Assembly: GCA_965223505.1 (NCBI GenBank)
Contig: CBDCWP010000002.1
Span: forward strand, 1-64,000
DNA: 64,000 nt
DNA from: Planctomycetota bacterium
GTDB taxonomy: Bacteria; Planctomycetota; PLA2; JAEUHO01
Reading direction: 5' to 3'
The notes under the pieces were generated by a model. The model saw only the letters and a list, made by a program, of their open reading frames with translations, was not told where the DNA came from and did no database searches. The translations under genes and the position numbers were made by a program. Positions 32,952 to 43,947 of this stretch are shown here, piece by piece (position 1 is the stretch's first letter; each line of letters starts with the position of its first letter).

Positions 32952-34195
32952 GGGTCGCCTTCCTCCAACGCCGGCAGATCCAGTGCCTGCAGCTCCGGCA
33001 ACGACGCGCCCACGATCCCCTGCAAGTCGCCGTACAACCCCGACGTCGATCCCAGCGCACGCTCGATCTGCTTCTCGCCGCGCGGCCCACAGCCGCTGGA
33101 TCGCCCCGCTTCTCCTTCTCCAGATCCGACCGCATCGCCATGAACGGCTCTAGCAGACCTTCGATCCGATTCTTGAACTCGGGGCCCGAGAAGTAGGCGT
33201 AACAGCATGTCGATCTTCTCGCTCTTGCCGACCAGCGCCTGCTTTGCCTTGGCCGCTTCGAGCAGGCTCAGGCGCAAACGCGTGCGCGAGCCCGCCGACA
33301 CACGCGTAGTCGGCGACCCACACGCCGTCGATCAACGAGACCGGCTTCGCGTCCTTCGGCAGGACCGTCGAGACGATCGCTGCGAGCTCGGCCTTGAGCG
33401 CGCGCTGATCATCGCGCAGCTTGGGCAGCCAGCCCGCCGTCCAGTGCTTCGTGCGCTTCGCTTCCCACAGGATCGTTCCGCACACGATGCCTGCTTCCGT
33501 CTTCACGCGCTGGACCACGTCCGCGCCGGTGATGCCCTTCGGCACGGGCTCGATGTCGTCGTGCGGGAACTCGCGCGCCAGCATCTCTTCGAGGGTCGCT
33601 TCGAGCGCTTCACCCTGCGACTGCTGGGACCCCTGCTTGAGACGCAGGCTCAGCTCGGCGACCTTCTTCTCCAGCCCCTCGCGCTCGACGTCCTTCTCCT
33701 TCAGCTGCAGCGCGAACTGATCTTCCTTTCGGCGAATCTCGACGGCTTGCGCCTCGGCAGCCTCTCGCGCGGCCTGTTTCACCGCTTCGGCACGATACGC
33801 CTCGCGCTCCCGCTCCTTCGTGAGCTCCCAATCGCGTTTGTCCTGCTCGAAAGCGCGCAGCTCCTTGCGCAACGCGAGCTCGCGCTCCTTCGCCTCGGTC
33901 GGACTCGCGCTTGGCCTGGTCCGCGCGCTCCTTCAAGGCTTCGATCTCGAGCTTGGCTGCGGCCGCGGCGTCTTCACGCGCACGGGCCCGCTCTTCCCGA
34001 ACGCGGGGTCTGGAACTTGCGCTCCGCGCGCTCCGTCGCCTCGCGCTGCGCCTGCTCCCGAATGCCCTTCGTGAGGGCCTCCGCGATCTCGACGCTGGTG
34101 CCGCAGCTCGGGCACTCGACCGTGCTGGGCTTGCCGGACGCGCGCGTATCCGCCGCGCCCACGTCATCGGCGCTGAATCGCGTCGGCTCGATCAT
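32948..34195 (-). CDS. DUF2130 family coiled-coil protein, interrupted by about 6 apparent +1 frameshifts
   Basis: CPSCG at the N-terminus, GSQQSQGEALE, FPHDDIEPVPKG..GADV, ILWEAKRTKHW..WLPKLRDDQ, and a C-terminal LYGDLQGIVG. Pieces lie in different frames. Confidence 0.85.
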
Positions 34196-34415
34196 GGCGA
34201 ACTCCCTGGCCGGACCACGGGGGCACCGACCCAGGAGACACCCTAGAGCGAGGGTCCGACAGCGCGGGAGCGGGCGGAGAGACGCCGGCGCGTCAGCGAT
34301 CGCAGCGCTCCAGACGGTGGCGTGTCAGGGCGAAGGCAGCGTGTAGCCATCTGCGACGTGGCGTGGTTTGCCACGCGAGGAGCGGATGGCATCGCGAAGC
34401 CGAGCATCTGACGCG

Positions 34416-36472
34416 TCACCTACGGAGGTCGAGCCGGACGGGTTCGCCTGCCTTCAGCTTGACGCGCAGGTCCTCGTCGTCGTCTTCGCGCTCCTGCGGC
34501 AGGCGCACCTGCACCTCGGCGGGAACGTCCACGCGGAACCAGCCCTCGTAGCGGCACCATCTTCGCCTTGCCGGCGCCGATCGTGTGCGTCTTCGTCAAC
34601 TGCGTGCGCGGCGGCAGGTGCCCCGGCAGCACGAACGTGTTCAGGTGCTCCGCCACGAGCATCTCCGGCGCAACGCAGCCCTCGTCGAACGCGACCACGA
34701 TCGCCGTGCGGCCGTTCACCGGGACGACGATGTCGGCACTCTTGCAGGTGTCTGGGACGAGGTTGCCGCCCCTCGGGCGTGAGACCGTTCGGCAACAACA
34801 GCCGCACGTGGGTCTTCGCAGGCGGCGCGTACTCGATCCAGCCCTTCCCGTCGGACACCAGATTGACGGTCATGGACGTACGCCGGGAGTCGCCCGGCAA
34901 CGTGTCGCCGACCGGCAGGACGCGGACGGGCATGCCGACCAGCGGCTTGCCCTTGCCGTCCACCAGGCGCAACCGCGAAGTCGATGCCCGCGCGTGCCAG
35001 GCCTTCTTCGCCAGTCCCGGACGCTCGTCACCCGTGAGAGACTCCAGGAACGCGACGAGATCCGCGACCTCTCCGTCGGTCACCGCGAAGGGTCGCAGCA
35101 GCTTGTCCTGGCGCGGGTCCTTCGACCCGCTCGCGATGCTGCCGCCGGCTGCGTAGTGACGAACCACCTCATCGAGCGTCTCGAAGCGGCCGTCGTGCAT
35201 GAAGGGCCCACGCCGCGTGAGGTCGCGAAGCGTCGGCGTCTTGAACGCGCGCCGGTCGCGGCCGGAGTTGGTGAACCGCTCGCGGCCCTGGTCCATCATC
35301 GCGCGCAGCTGCGAACGGGAGAGCTCCTCGCGCTCCGCGTCGCTCAGGCCGAGCCACGAGACGCCGGTGTTGTGGAAACCGAAGTCGGTGAACGGCGCGT
35401 GCTTGGCCTTGTGGTCGTGACACTTGGCGCAGCCGGCCTTGCCCTTGAAGAGCTTGAACCCCCGAACGGCCGCCTCGGACATCGCGAACTTGTCGCCCTT
35501 GGCGTAGCGGTCGTACGCGGACTCGGTGCTCTTGACCGAGCGGCAGTAGGCGCCGATGGCCGCCGCGATGCGCGCCGTCGTCACCGAGCTGTTGCCGAAC
35601 GCGGCCTTGAACGCCTCGTCGTAGCGGCCGCCCTGTTCGAGCACGTCCTGCACGCGCGGCAGCTTCGCGAGCTCCTTCGCGGTGACCGGCTTCTCCTCCT
35701 CGGGCTTGCGCCGCTCGTCGGAGGCGCCGCCCTCGTCGCCGCCGGAGGCGTCGTCCCCACTGTCGTCGTAGTCCTCGCCGCCTTCGTCGCCCGCGTCCCC
35801 TTCGCCGCCACCGCTCTCCGGTGCACGGGCGCCCGGCGCAGCCGCCGGCGCCGCATCGGGCGTGTCGGGACGCGACGGCGACGAACCGCCGCGCGGGGTC
35901 GACGGCGTGTGCCCGCCCGACGCGGGCGGGGGTGACGACGGAGTGCCGCCGCCGTATCCGCCGCCGCCACCGCCGCGGCGTCGGGACGGTGTGCCCTCGC
36001 CGAAGCCCGCACCTTGTCCGGTGCCGATGGACGGCATCGCAAAGCTGGGTAGCAACGGCGCGCCGTGGCTGCCGATGCGTCCTTGGGGCAGCCCGATCCG
36101 CGCCGTGACGAGCGCCTCGACGGAGTTGAACTCTCCGTCCCAGTGCGCGGTCGGATTCAGCGCGCTGTCGAGGATGGTCTGGCTGTGCCGGATGGTGTTG
36201 CCGATGTCGTCTTCGCTGACCCGCGCGGGATCGGAGAAGCCGTACTCCGGATCGTGGCACGAGGCGCAGGAGCGTTCGCCGGACCGGCTCACCAACGGAT
36301 CGAAGAACAACCGGCGGCCGAGCTCGATCTTGGCGGCCTCCTTGGCCGACACCCTGCCGGAGCCGTAGCGGTCGCCGCCGCCGGCCAGCGCGTCCGTGGC
36401 GATCCCTGTCAGCAGAACAGCCGTCGTCACCAGCAGCCCCCATGAGGCCCAGCGCGCGTGGATCGTCTTCAT
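34416..36472 (-). CDS. Di-heme cytochrome c peroxidase/MauG-family protein with a low-complexity insert and C-terminal extension (apparent frameshifts near 34770 and 34550)
   Basis: LGRRLFFDP, CASCH, HWDG, CAKCH and FKTPTLR..GPFMHDG motifs. Signal-peptide-like N-terminus. Confidence 0.88.
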
Positions 36473-36615
36473 CGTCGCTCTCCGAACAGATCGCCTGCTC
36501 TGCATAGGCAGCCCACCCGTCCATTCAAACGCCCGAAACGCGGATTTTCAGCCTCTGAACGCCAATTCGTATCGCCGCTGTCTCGGTCTCGTTGCCCTTT
36601 GGACCCGGAATTCGC

Positions 36616-38574
36616 CTATCGGTCCGCCGGCTCGAGCGTGGGATTGCCGACGGGCCACGCGTGGTGGTCGTTGCCCGAGTCGTCCCAGAACACGGAGACC
36701 GCCCGGCTTGCGAGCGTCTCCGGGATGTCGAAGTGCAACAGCGCGAGCGTGAACTTGTCGCGCTCGTGGACCCGCTTCGGCTTGAACGCGCGTTTGTAGC
36801 GCACCGTGTTCGAGACCCGAACCTCGTCGATCATCCCTTTGAAGAACCCGCGGGCGCCGTCGGTGCGGGTCGGATCGGCGCCGATGTACATCGAGAACCG
36901 GTTCCGCGTCGGAACGCCGGCGACCTGGATCTCGGCCGCGATCTTGCCGTTCACGAAGAAACGCAACCGCTTTCCGTCGTACACGAGCGCGACGTGCGTC
37001 CACACCTCGTACACCCAACCGGTTTCGGGCACGGCGTAGTGGTACTTGCCGCGGGCGCCTGGCTTCGGGGCCAGCCCGCACACGCCGTGCGGCACCCGCC
37101 GCGGCCCGTCACACCACCAGATGCCGAAGCTCGACTGCTCGTTGTTGGCGATGACGGCACGGGTGCCGCTCGGTGATTCGCCCTTCACCCAGCACTCGAC
37201 CGTGAACTCGTCCCCCAGGTCGGCCAGCGCGTCGGCCGGGACGCGCGCCGCGCTTGCCCCGTCCAGCGCGAGCGCCGCGTTGCTCGATCTCGACTTGGTG
37301 AACGCACGCGGCACGTCGGTCACGCCGGCGACCACCTTCTGCGTGTGGTGAATCGGCTGCGTGATGCCGCTCTTGAACGGGTAGTACGCCGTGCCCTTGA
37401 GCGTGATGGTCGCGCGCTTGCCGGCCCACTTGGGCGCAACGAGCTTGATCTTTTGCTCGTGCGTTGCTCCCGCGGCGACACGCGCCCCGTAGGTGGACGG
37501 CGTCGCCGTCCAGCCCTTCGGCAGCGCGAGCTCGACGTCCATGAGGACGTCGCGGCCGGTCGGATTCACGAACTTCACGCGGGCCGTCTGCTCCGTGGTC
37601 TCTCCGATCCGCTGGTCCACGTCGCCGGAGAGGCTCAGCCACGTGCCGTTGCGCAGGGCCCAGAGCTCGTTCGCCTCCCTACCCAGCACGGCGTCCGAGC
37701 CGAGCACGCTTCCCAGCGCTACGTGGCTTGCGCTGAAGCCGTCCGGGCGTACCCGCACGTGCGTCAGGTGATGAATGCCGATCGTCTCGGCCAGCTTGTT
37801 CTGTGTCGCGCCGGTCGCGCCGAGCACGAAGTAGTGCACGCCGTCCTTGACGCCGTCGTCGCGCAGCGTGTGGATGTGCCCGGCGAACACGGCGCGGACA
37901 CGCCCGTCGTTCTTGAGGATCTCGTGGACCGCCGGCCAGTTGCAGCCCGCATACAGCCAGCGCGGATGGTGCATGAACAGGTAGATCTGCTTCGCGTTCG
38001 TCGACGCGAGGTCGTCACGAAGCCAATCCATCTGCGCCTTGCTCATGTTCTGCGTCTTGGACTTGGGGTTCGCGAACGAGAGCGACTCGTCGGTGTACAG
38101 ACACACGAAGTGCGCCCAGCGGTAGTCGAACGAGTAGTAAAGCGGACCGAAGTGCTTCTCGTACAGCGCCGCGTTGCCCTTCGGGTTCGACCGGCCGCCG
38201 TATACGTCGTGATTGCCCGCCACCGGGTACCACGGCATGTTCAGGCGGTTCATGACGTCCTTGTACGCCGCCGTCTGCTTGAGCCACGCGTCGGGCTTGT
38301 TGTAGCCGTTGACGAGATCGCCGACCGTCATCACGAAGTCGGGGTCGAGCTTGTTGGTCACCTCGACGGCGCGTTCCAGGATCTTCAAACCCGCCGGGCG
38401 ACCGCCCGTGCGGTCGCCGTACGCGAGGAAGGTGAAGCCCTCACGCGCCTCGGGCGGCTCGATCTTCGCCGGGGCGTCGTCGGCCCGCGCGGCGTCACCG
38501 CCATCGTGCTCGTCGGCCGCACCGACCGCGGCGAACAGCAGCAGCAAGCCCCACGTGACCATCCAACGACGCAT
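36616..38574 (-). CDS. Exported calcineurin-like metallophosphoesterase with C-terminal LamG-like domain
   Basis: YGD, GDLV, GNHD, HHP and AGHIH motifs. LamG-like FTVECWVK..WTHVALVYDG..FKGMIDEVRVS. Confidence 0.88.
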   Translation of the reverse strand: MRRWMVTWGLLLLFAAVGAADEHDGGDAARADDAPAKIEPPEAREGFTFLAYGDRTGGRPAGLKILERAVEVTNKLDPDFVMTVGDLVNGYNKPDAWLKQTAAYKDVMNRLNMPWYPVAGNHDVYGGRSNPKGNAALYEKHFGPLYYSFDYRWAHFVCLYTDESLSFANPKSKTQNMSKAQMDWLRDDLASTNAKQIYLFMHHPRWLYAGCNWPAVHEILKNDGRVRAVFAGHIHTLRDDGVKDGVHYFVLGATGATQNKLAETIGIHHLTHVRVRPDGFSASHVALGSVLGSDAVLGREANELWALRNGTWLSLSGDVDQRIGETTEQTARVKFVNPTGRDVLMDVELALPKGWTATPSTYGARVAAGATHEQKIKLVAPKWAGKRATITLKGTAYYPFKSGITQPIHHTQKVVAGVTDVPRAFTKSRSSNAALALDGASAARVPADALADLGDEFTVECWVKGESPSGTRAVIANNEQSSFGIWWCDGPRRVPHGVCGLAPKPGARGKYHYAVPETGWVYEVWTHVALVYDGKRLRFFVNGKIAAEIQVAGVPTRNRFSMYIGADPTRTDGARGFFKGMIDEVRVSNTVRYKRAFKPKRVHERDKFTLALLHFDIPETLASRAVSVFWDDSGNDHHAWPVGNPTLEPADR

Positions 38575-38676
38575 CGAAACGACCTCCGCGCACAGCGTAC
38601 CCAAGAAGCGGCTGTCCGGATGCAACCTCGCCCGCGTACACTCCCTCTTGATGCGAATCTCGCGAAAGAGCCCGCC

Positions 38677-39675
38677 ATGCAACCCGCTATCGAGGTCCGT
38701 GACCTGCGCAAGGTCTTCAAGGTCCGGGAGCGCTCTCCCGGCCTCGGGTCCGCGGTGCGTCGTCTCTTTCGTTCGCCGACCCGCGACGTCGTCGCCGTAG
38801 ACGGCGTCAGCTTCACGATCCAGCCGGGGGAGCGCGTCGCCTTCGTCGGGCCCAACGGCGCCGGCAAGTCCACCACCATCAAGGTGATGAGCGGCATCCT
38901 GCACGCGACCGCGGGCGAGGTGCGCGTGGCCGGTCTGGTGCCGTGGTCGCAGCGCACGGAGCTGGGATATCGCATCGGCACGGTCTTCGGTCAGCGCACG
39001 CAGCTCTGGTACCACCTCCCGGCCGGCGACACCTTCGACCTGCTGGCGCGGGTGTACGAGCAGGATCCGGCGGAGCACGAGCGGCGCCGCTCCGAGCTCG
39101 TTGAGGTGTTCCAGATCGGCCCGCTGCTCGAGAAGCCGGTGCGCCAGCTCTCGCTCGGCGAACGCATGCGCTGCGAGATCGTCGCGAGCCTGCTGCACCG
39201 GCCCGAGGTGCTGTTCCTCGACGAGCCGACGATCGGCTTGGACGTGACCGCCAAGGCGATCATTCGCGATCTCGTGAAGGAGCGCTCGAAGGCCGACGGA
39301 AGCACCGTGCTGCTGACGTCGCACGACACCGGCGACATGGAGCGTGTCTGCGACCGCGTGCTCGTGATCAACAAGGGCCGACTGCTGCTGGACCGGCCGG
39401 TGCAGGAGCTTCGGCAGAGCTACATTCGCCGCAAGATCGTCACGCTGCTGACCGCGGAGAGCGAGATCGCGATCTCGCTGCCCGGCGTGCGCGTCGTCGA
39501 GCACGCGCCGCACCGCACGGTGCTGGACGTGGACGTCGAGCACACGCCCATCGACAAGGTCGTCCAGGCAGCGATGGACGCGTCACGGCTGCGCGACCTG
39601 ACGGTCGAAGATCCGCCGATGGAGGAGATCGTCCAGGCGATCTACGCCGAGGCCGACGGGGACGGTGCGCCGTGA
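38677..39675 (+). CDS. ABC-2 type transporter ATP-binding protein
   Basis: GPNGAGKST, LSLGERMR, LFLDEPT and SHD motifs. Confidence 0.93.
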   Translation: MQPAIEVRDLRKVFKVRERSPGLGSAVRRLFRSPTRDVVAVDGVSFTIQPGERVAFVGPNGAGKSTTIKVMSGILHATAGEVRVAGLVPWSQRTELGYRIGTVFGQRTQLWYHLPAGDTFDLLARVYEQDPAEHERRRSELVEVFQIGPLLEKPVRQLSLGERMRCEIVASLLHRPEVLFLDEPTIGLDVTAKAIIRDLVKERSKADGSTVLLTSHDTGDMERVCDRVLVINKGRLLLDRPVQELRQSYIRRKIVTLLTAESEIAISLPGVRVVEHAPHRTVLDVDVEHTPIDKVVQAAMDASRLRDLTVEDPPMEEIVQAIYAEADGDGAP

Positions 39676-40484
39676 CGGCGGCCGTCGCGACACGCCGGCC
39701 GACATTCGCGAAGTACGTCGCGGTCGCCGCGCTGGCCATGCGCCAGACGCTTCGGGACCGCGGAGCGCTCATCGCCCGCTCGGCCTTTCTGCTCGTGATC
39801 ATGCTCGTGTTCTGGCGGTTGTGGGAAACGGTGCATGCCGGCGGACTCGTGGCCTCGGCGCACACGACGGACCTGCTCTGGTACTTGAGCGTCACGGAGT
39901 GGATCGTGCTGAGCACGCCGTGGGTGCACAAGGCGATCGAGGCCGACGTCCAGTCCGGCGACATCGCCTATCTGCTTCCGCGCCCGATGTCCTACGTGGG
40001 CATGCGCGTGGCGGAGGCCTTCGGGCAGCTGCTGGTACGGCTGATCGTGATGGGTACCGTGGGATTCCTCGGCGCATGGGTGTTGGCCGGCGGGCTGCCG
40101 AGCGATCCGACGGGCCTGCTGCTCGCCGTGCCGCTCGGTGCGCTTGCCGCGTGCGTCTGCGTCGTGTTCGAGGCGGCGATCGGCTGCACCGCGATCCGCT
40201 TGCAGGACTCGACGCCCGTGTACTTCATCTGGCAGAAGCTGATGTTCGTGCTGGGCGGGCTGATCCTGCCGCTCGCGCTCTATCCCGACGTCATGCAGGA
40301 GATCGCCTACTTCACCCCGTTCGCCGCCCTGTTGAACGGGCCGGGACGCCTGGCGCAGGGCTGGGATCCCGCCTGGGCGTTGGACGTCACAGTGCGCCTC
40401 GCGATCTGGGGGACGGCCGGTGTGCTGCTCCTGCGGTGGCTGTTTCGACGGGGACTGCGCGTCCTCGACGTGAACGGAGGCTGA
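39672..40484 (+). CDS. ABC-2 type transporter permease (DUF990-like)
   Basis: Multi-TM protein with DVQSGDIAYLLPRP and LGGLILPL motifs. Start overlaps the ATPase stop. Confidence 0.85.
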   Translation: MTAAVATRRPTFAKYVAVAALAMRQTLRDRGALIARSAFLLVIMLVFWRLWETVHAGGLVASAHTTDLLWYLSVTEWIVLSTPWVHKAIEADVQSGDIAYLLPRPMSYVGMRVAEAFGQLLVRLIVMGTVGFLGAWVLAGGLPSDPTGLLLAVPLGALAACVCVVFEAAIGCTAIRLQDSTPVYFIWQKLMFVLGGLILPLALYPDVMQEIAYFTPFAALLNGPGRLAQGWDPAWALDVTVRLAIWGTAGVLLLRWLFRRGLRVLDVNGG

Positions 40485-40485
40485 C

Positions 40486-41277
40486 GTGCGTGTCACCGCC
40501 ACCCTCGTGTTCCTGCGCGCGCTCGTCGCGACGAACTTGAAGGCGTCCTTCGCGTTGCGGGGCGCGTTCTGGCTGCAGGCCACCTACATGGTCTTCAACA
40601 ACCTGATCTTCTTCAGCGTCTGGTTGTTCTTCTTCAACGCGTTCGAGGAGGTCGGCGGCTGGCGCTTGGCCGACATGGCGGCGCTGTACGGCGTGACCGC
40701 GTTCGCGTACGGCCTCTGCGTGGTCTTCGGCGGCGGCGTGCGCGAGTTGTCGACCACCATCACCAACGGCGACCTGGATCCGTACATGACCCAGCCCAAG
40801 AGCCTGCTCTTGAACGCGGTCGCGTCGAAGACCTACGCGTCGGGCTGGGGCGACTTGATCTCGGGCGCGATCCTCATGGGCCTGTCGGGTTTCGTGACGT
40901 GGCAGACGCTGCCGCTCGCGCTGCTGGCGCCGATCCTGGGCGGGCTGGCGCTACTGTCGAGCGCGATCCTGGTGCAGAGTCTGGCGTTCTGGATCGGTCC
41001 GATGGACACGCTGGGCCGGCAGGTCTGGGAGTTCACGGTCTTCTTCTCGGTCTATCCGGCGAGCATCTTCGGCGGCCCGTTGCGGGTGTTGATGTTCACG
41101 CTCATCCCGGCGGGGTTCGTGGGGTATCTACCGGCGGACATGCTGCGCGACTTCGGCTGGCCGGGCGTGGCGGCCGCGGCGGGTGGATCCCTGGCGTATG
41201 CGGCGTTGGCGGTGGCGGTGTTTCATCGCGGGCTCAGGCGGTACGAGTCGGGGAACCGGTTCGGGGTTCGGGTGTAG
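40486..41277 (+). CDS. ABC-2 type transporter permease (DUF990-like)
   Basis: Multi-TM protein with ITNGDLDPYMTQP, YPASIF and GLRRYESGN motifs. Confidence 0.87.
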   Translation: MRVTATLVFLRALVATNLKASFALRGAFWLQATYMVFNNLIFFSVWLFFFNAFEEVGGWRLADMAALYGVTAFAYGLCVVFGGGVRELSTTITNGDLDPYMTQPKSLLLNAVASKTYASGWGDLISGAILMGLSGFVTWQTLPLALLAPILGGLALLSSAILVQSLAFWIGPMDTLGRQVWEFTVFFSVYPASIFGGPLRVLMFTLIPAGFVGYLPADMLRDFGWPGVAAAAGGSLAYAALAVAVFHRGLRRYESGNRFGVRV

Positions 41278-41332
41278 GATCACCCCGAACCCGATCCCGG
41301 TCCCGGTGGGCGGCCACAAGCCCCGCCCCTAC
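41274..41332. repeat. Degenerate GTAG...CTAC REP-like element between convergent genes
   Basis: gtag...gggcggccacaagccccgcccctac. The right arm resembles the REP arm gggcagccacaagggctgcccctac. Confidence 0.55.
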
Positions 41333-41334
41333 CG

Positions 41335-42465
41335 CTACTTGTTCCCTTCGTCCGATTCCTCGGTCGTCTCCGCCTTCTTGCGCGTCGCGACCATCTCCAT
41401 CTCCTTGTGCTCTTCCTTGGCACCCTTGAGACGCGAGTAGCTCGTGCTGACGTACTCGTCATCGCTCTTGACGACGATCGTCTCGCGCTTCTCGTACACA
41501 CTGCGGTCCGGCATCTGCATCTCGTACTCGAACGTGAACGTCTTGGTCTCGGCGTCGTAGCTGCCGAACGACCAGTCCATGCCGGTGGCGATCGTCATGG
41601 CCCACGTGTTCTGGTACTTCTGCCTGACGTTGTCGTAGCCCATCAGCCCGAAGCCTTCGAACGGCGACCCCATGAACGCGCCGGTGTACTTCGTCCGCAG
41701 GAACCGGTTGCCCATCACCCACGTGGTGCTGACGTCGCCCTCGAACGGCATCTCACCCATCGCGCTGAACATCTTGCCCTTGATGGAGAAGTCGCCGGCG
41801 AGGGGCTTCATGTGCCCGTGATGGGCCGCGGGTTGGCCGAGCTCCATCATCTTCGGCCACATCTCCATCTCGTTCAGCTTCTTCGGCTTCGTGAAGACGA
41901 GGTGGCCTTCCTTCTTCTCCTCCTCATCGCCCTTCTTGGAGTACATCGTGAAGGTGAACTTCTCGGCGCTCTCCGACGTCATGACCCAGCGTGCGCCGTA
42001 GTCGCCCCAGGGGGACGCGTGCTTGCCCGTGAAGGTGATCGTCTTGCCGTCCTCGCTACACGTGCCTTCCATGAAGTGCACGCCGCTGCCGAAGTTGTCG
42101 AACCAGCCGTACTGGTACTTCTTCGTGACGTTGTTGTGCCCGACCACGGCCTTGCCTGTGAAGGGCATCGGCCCCCAGGCGCCGCTGTACTTCATGATCA
42201 GGAATCGACCGCCGAAGATGGGCTCGATCGTCGCCGTGGCGTCGCTGACGTTCTCGCCCGACTCCATGTAGAACGTCGACTTCACGTCCCAGATGCCGGC
42301 GAACGGCTTGAGATTGTCGTGATGCGCACTCGGCTTGCCGAGCTCCATCATCTTCATCATCATCTCTTCTTCGGTCGGCTCCTTCTCGTCGGTGAACCCG
42401 ACGCCGGCAACCCAAGCGATGAGGCCTGCCGCGAGCAGGGCGATCGTGATCCAACGCGTCTTCAT
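41335..42465 (-). CDS. Exported protein with two DUF1579-like domains
   Basis: Two repeats of MMELG(K/Q)P..HH..LKP..G.(W/F), GxRFL and PF(T/E)G...G(H/Y)(N/D)N..KYQ. Signal-peptide-like N-terminus. Confidence 0.82.
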   Translation of the reverse strand: MKTRWITIALLAAGLIAWVAGVGFTDEKEPTEEEMMMKMMELGKPSAHHDNLKPFAGIWDVKSTFYMESGENVSDATATIEPIFGGRFLIMKYSGAWGPMPFTGKAVVGHNNVTKKYQYGWFDNFGSGVHFMEGTCSEDGKTITFTGKHASPWGDYGARWVMTSESAEKFTFTMYSKKGDEEEKKEGHLVFTKPKKLNEMEMWPKMMELGQPAAHHGHMKPLAGDFSIKGKMFSAMGEMPFEGDVSTTWVMGNRFLRTKYTGAFMGSPFEGFGLMGYDNVRQKYQNTWAMTIATGMDWSFGSYDAETKTFTFEYEMQMPDRSVYEKRETIVVKSDDEYVSTSYSRLKGAKEEHKEMEMVATRKKAETTEESDEGNK

Positions 42466-42521
42466 GGCGCTCTCCTTCGTACGTTCCATCTCCGGACGGG
42501 GGGCCAACCTTACCGAGGCGC

Positions 42522-42554
42522 CGCGGGGTCCGGCAACACGCAACGGACCCCGCG
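42522..42554. other. Perfect 11-bp intergenic stem-loop between the two DUF1579 genes
   Basis: cgcggggtccg-N11-cggaccccgcg. Confidence 0.55.
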
Positions 42555-42601
42555 AACAGCGTCCGCGGGGCCCGGTTCGTAACAGGTCGAGTCCGCCGGA
42601 G

Positions 42602-43270
42602 TTACGGGCGCCTGGTGCCCGTGTACGGCAGCTTCTTGCGCGGCGGACAGCAGCGAGTCGCGGCTTCCGCCTTCTTGCGCGTGAAGACGATCTTCATGTG
42701 CAGCATCTCGTGCTCGCCCATCGTGCCGTAGCTCTCGAGCGTGTACTCGTCGGGACCCACGAGCGTGTAGACCATCCGCTGCGCCATGTCGCCGATCGGC
42801 TCGGGCGCGCGCCACACGCCCTTCATCGTGAGCTGCTTCTTCTCGGCGTCCCAGCTTCCGGTGGACGTGTAGATGTTGGTGCTCATGGAGTCGATCCAGG
42901 TGCTCTGGTACTCCTTCATGTGGTTGTCGTGCCCCATGTGGCCCTCACCGTGGAACGGCTCGCCGAAGAAGTCGCCGTCGAACGAGACGCGCAGGATGCG
43001 TCCTCCGGCCGTCCACTCGTTGCGCGCCGTGCCCTCGCCGGTCTGCGGCTCCTTGCCGGGCTCGGAGTACATGGTCGTGACCGCGTTCCACTCGCCGACC
43101 ATCGGCTCCAGCACCGCCTGGTGCGGGCCGGGCTCGTGGAGCTTCAAGATCATCGCCATGACCTCGTCCATCTCGCCCCCGCCGCCCTCTTCGTCGGCCA
43201 GGCCGAATCCGGCCAGACCGCCGACGCCGGCCGCGGTGATCGCAATCGTAAGTACCCATCGAATCTTCAT
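42602..43270 (-). CDS. Exported single-domain DUF1579-like protein
   Basis: PGPHQAVLEPMVGEW and PFHGEGHMGHDN..EYQSTWIDSM motifs. Confidence 0.82.
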   Translation of the reverse strand: MKIRWVLTIAITAAGVGGLAGFGLADEEGGGGEMDEVMAMILKLHEPGPHQAVLEPMVGEWNAVTTMYSEPGKEPQTGEGTARNEWTAGGRILRVSFDGDFFGEPFHGEGHMGHDNHMKEYQSTWIDSMSTNIYTSTGSWDAEKKQLTMKGVWRAPEPIGDMAQRMVYTLVGPDEYTLESYGTMGEHEMLHMKIVFTRKKAEAATRCCPPRKKLPYTGTRRP

Positions 43271-43500
43271 CGCTTGCTCCTCGTACAACCTGACCCGCGC
43301 GGCCTCAGGTCTTCGCTCGGGGCCGCCCCGCACCGTAGAGGCTAGCGATTCCGCCCGACGGCGACAACGGGACCCGCGGCCCGGGAGAGTTCGGCTTGCT
43401 TGGGGCTTGTTGCGCACCTATGCTCGCGCGGTGCGCCGCTGGGGGCGCGGTACGAGGCATATCGCCCGCGGGAAACGGGCATGGCCAGGAGGGAACACAG

Positions 43501-43932
43501 ATGGCAGAAGGCAAGCGTCCGGGCGGACTTACAGCACTCGCGGTACTGAACTTCGTGTTTGGAGGCCTTGGAGCGCTGGGTCTGCTGGTCATGTTTGCGG
43601 CACTCTCGATCGTCGGTGCGGCGGGTGAGGCCGTCGAAGCCGAGTCCGGCACCAACCCGTGGGCGGAGGCAAGCCTCGGGATGCTGTGGGTGATCCTGCT
43701 GCTGAGCCTGGCGAGCACCGTCTTGATGATCGTCGCGGGCGTCGGCTACCTGGGCCAGAAGCGCTTCCTGGGCCGCACGCTGGGGAACGGCTACGCGATC
43801 ACGTCGCTTGCCGGCACGGCGATCGGCCTGACGATCGCGCCGTTCGGCTTCGGGACGATCATCGGTTTGATCTACCCCGTTCTCACGCTCGCCTTGATCA
43901 ACGGAACGTTCAAGGACGACCTCGTCAACTAG
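43501..43932 (+). CDS. Small 4-TM membrane protein
   Basis: KRPGGLTALAVLN start followed by four hydrophobic helices. RBS GGAGG upstream. Confidence 0.7.
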   Translation: MAEGKRPGGLTALAVLNFVFGGLGALGLLVMFAALSIVGAAGEAVEAESGTNPWAEASLGMLWVILLLSLASTVLMIVAGVGYLGQKRFLGRTLGNGYAITSLAGTAIGLTIAPFGFGTIIGLIYPVLTLALINGTFKDDLVN

Positions 43933-43947
43933 GACGCGCTCGTAGCC

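Noticed and set aside
32948..34195. DUF2130 gene truncated by REP insertion
   Set aside because: The reconstructed protein reaches a normal-looking C-terminus (LYGDLQGIVG..LPALE). The REP only overlaps the stop codon.
35690..36030. Low-complexity tract as an intein or mobile insertion
   Set aside because: No intein terminal motifs, terminal repeats or target duplication. It reads as an in-frame disordered linker.
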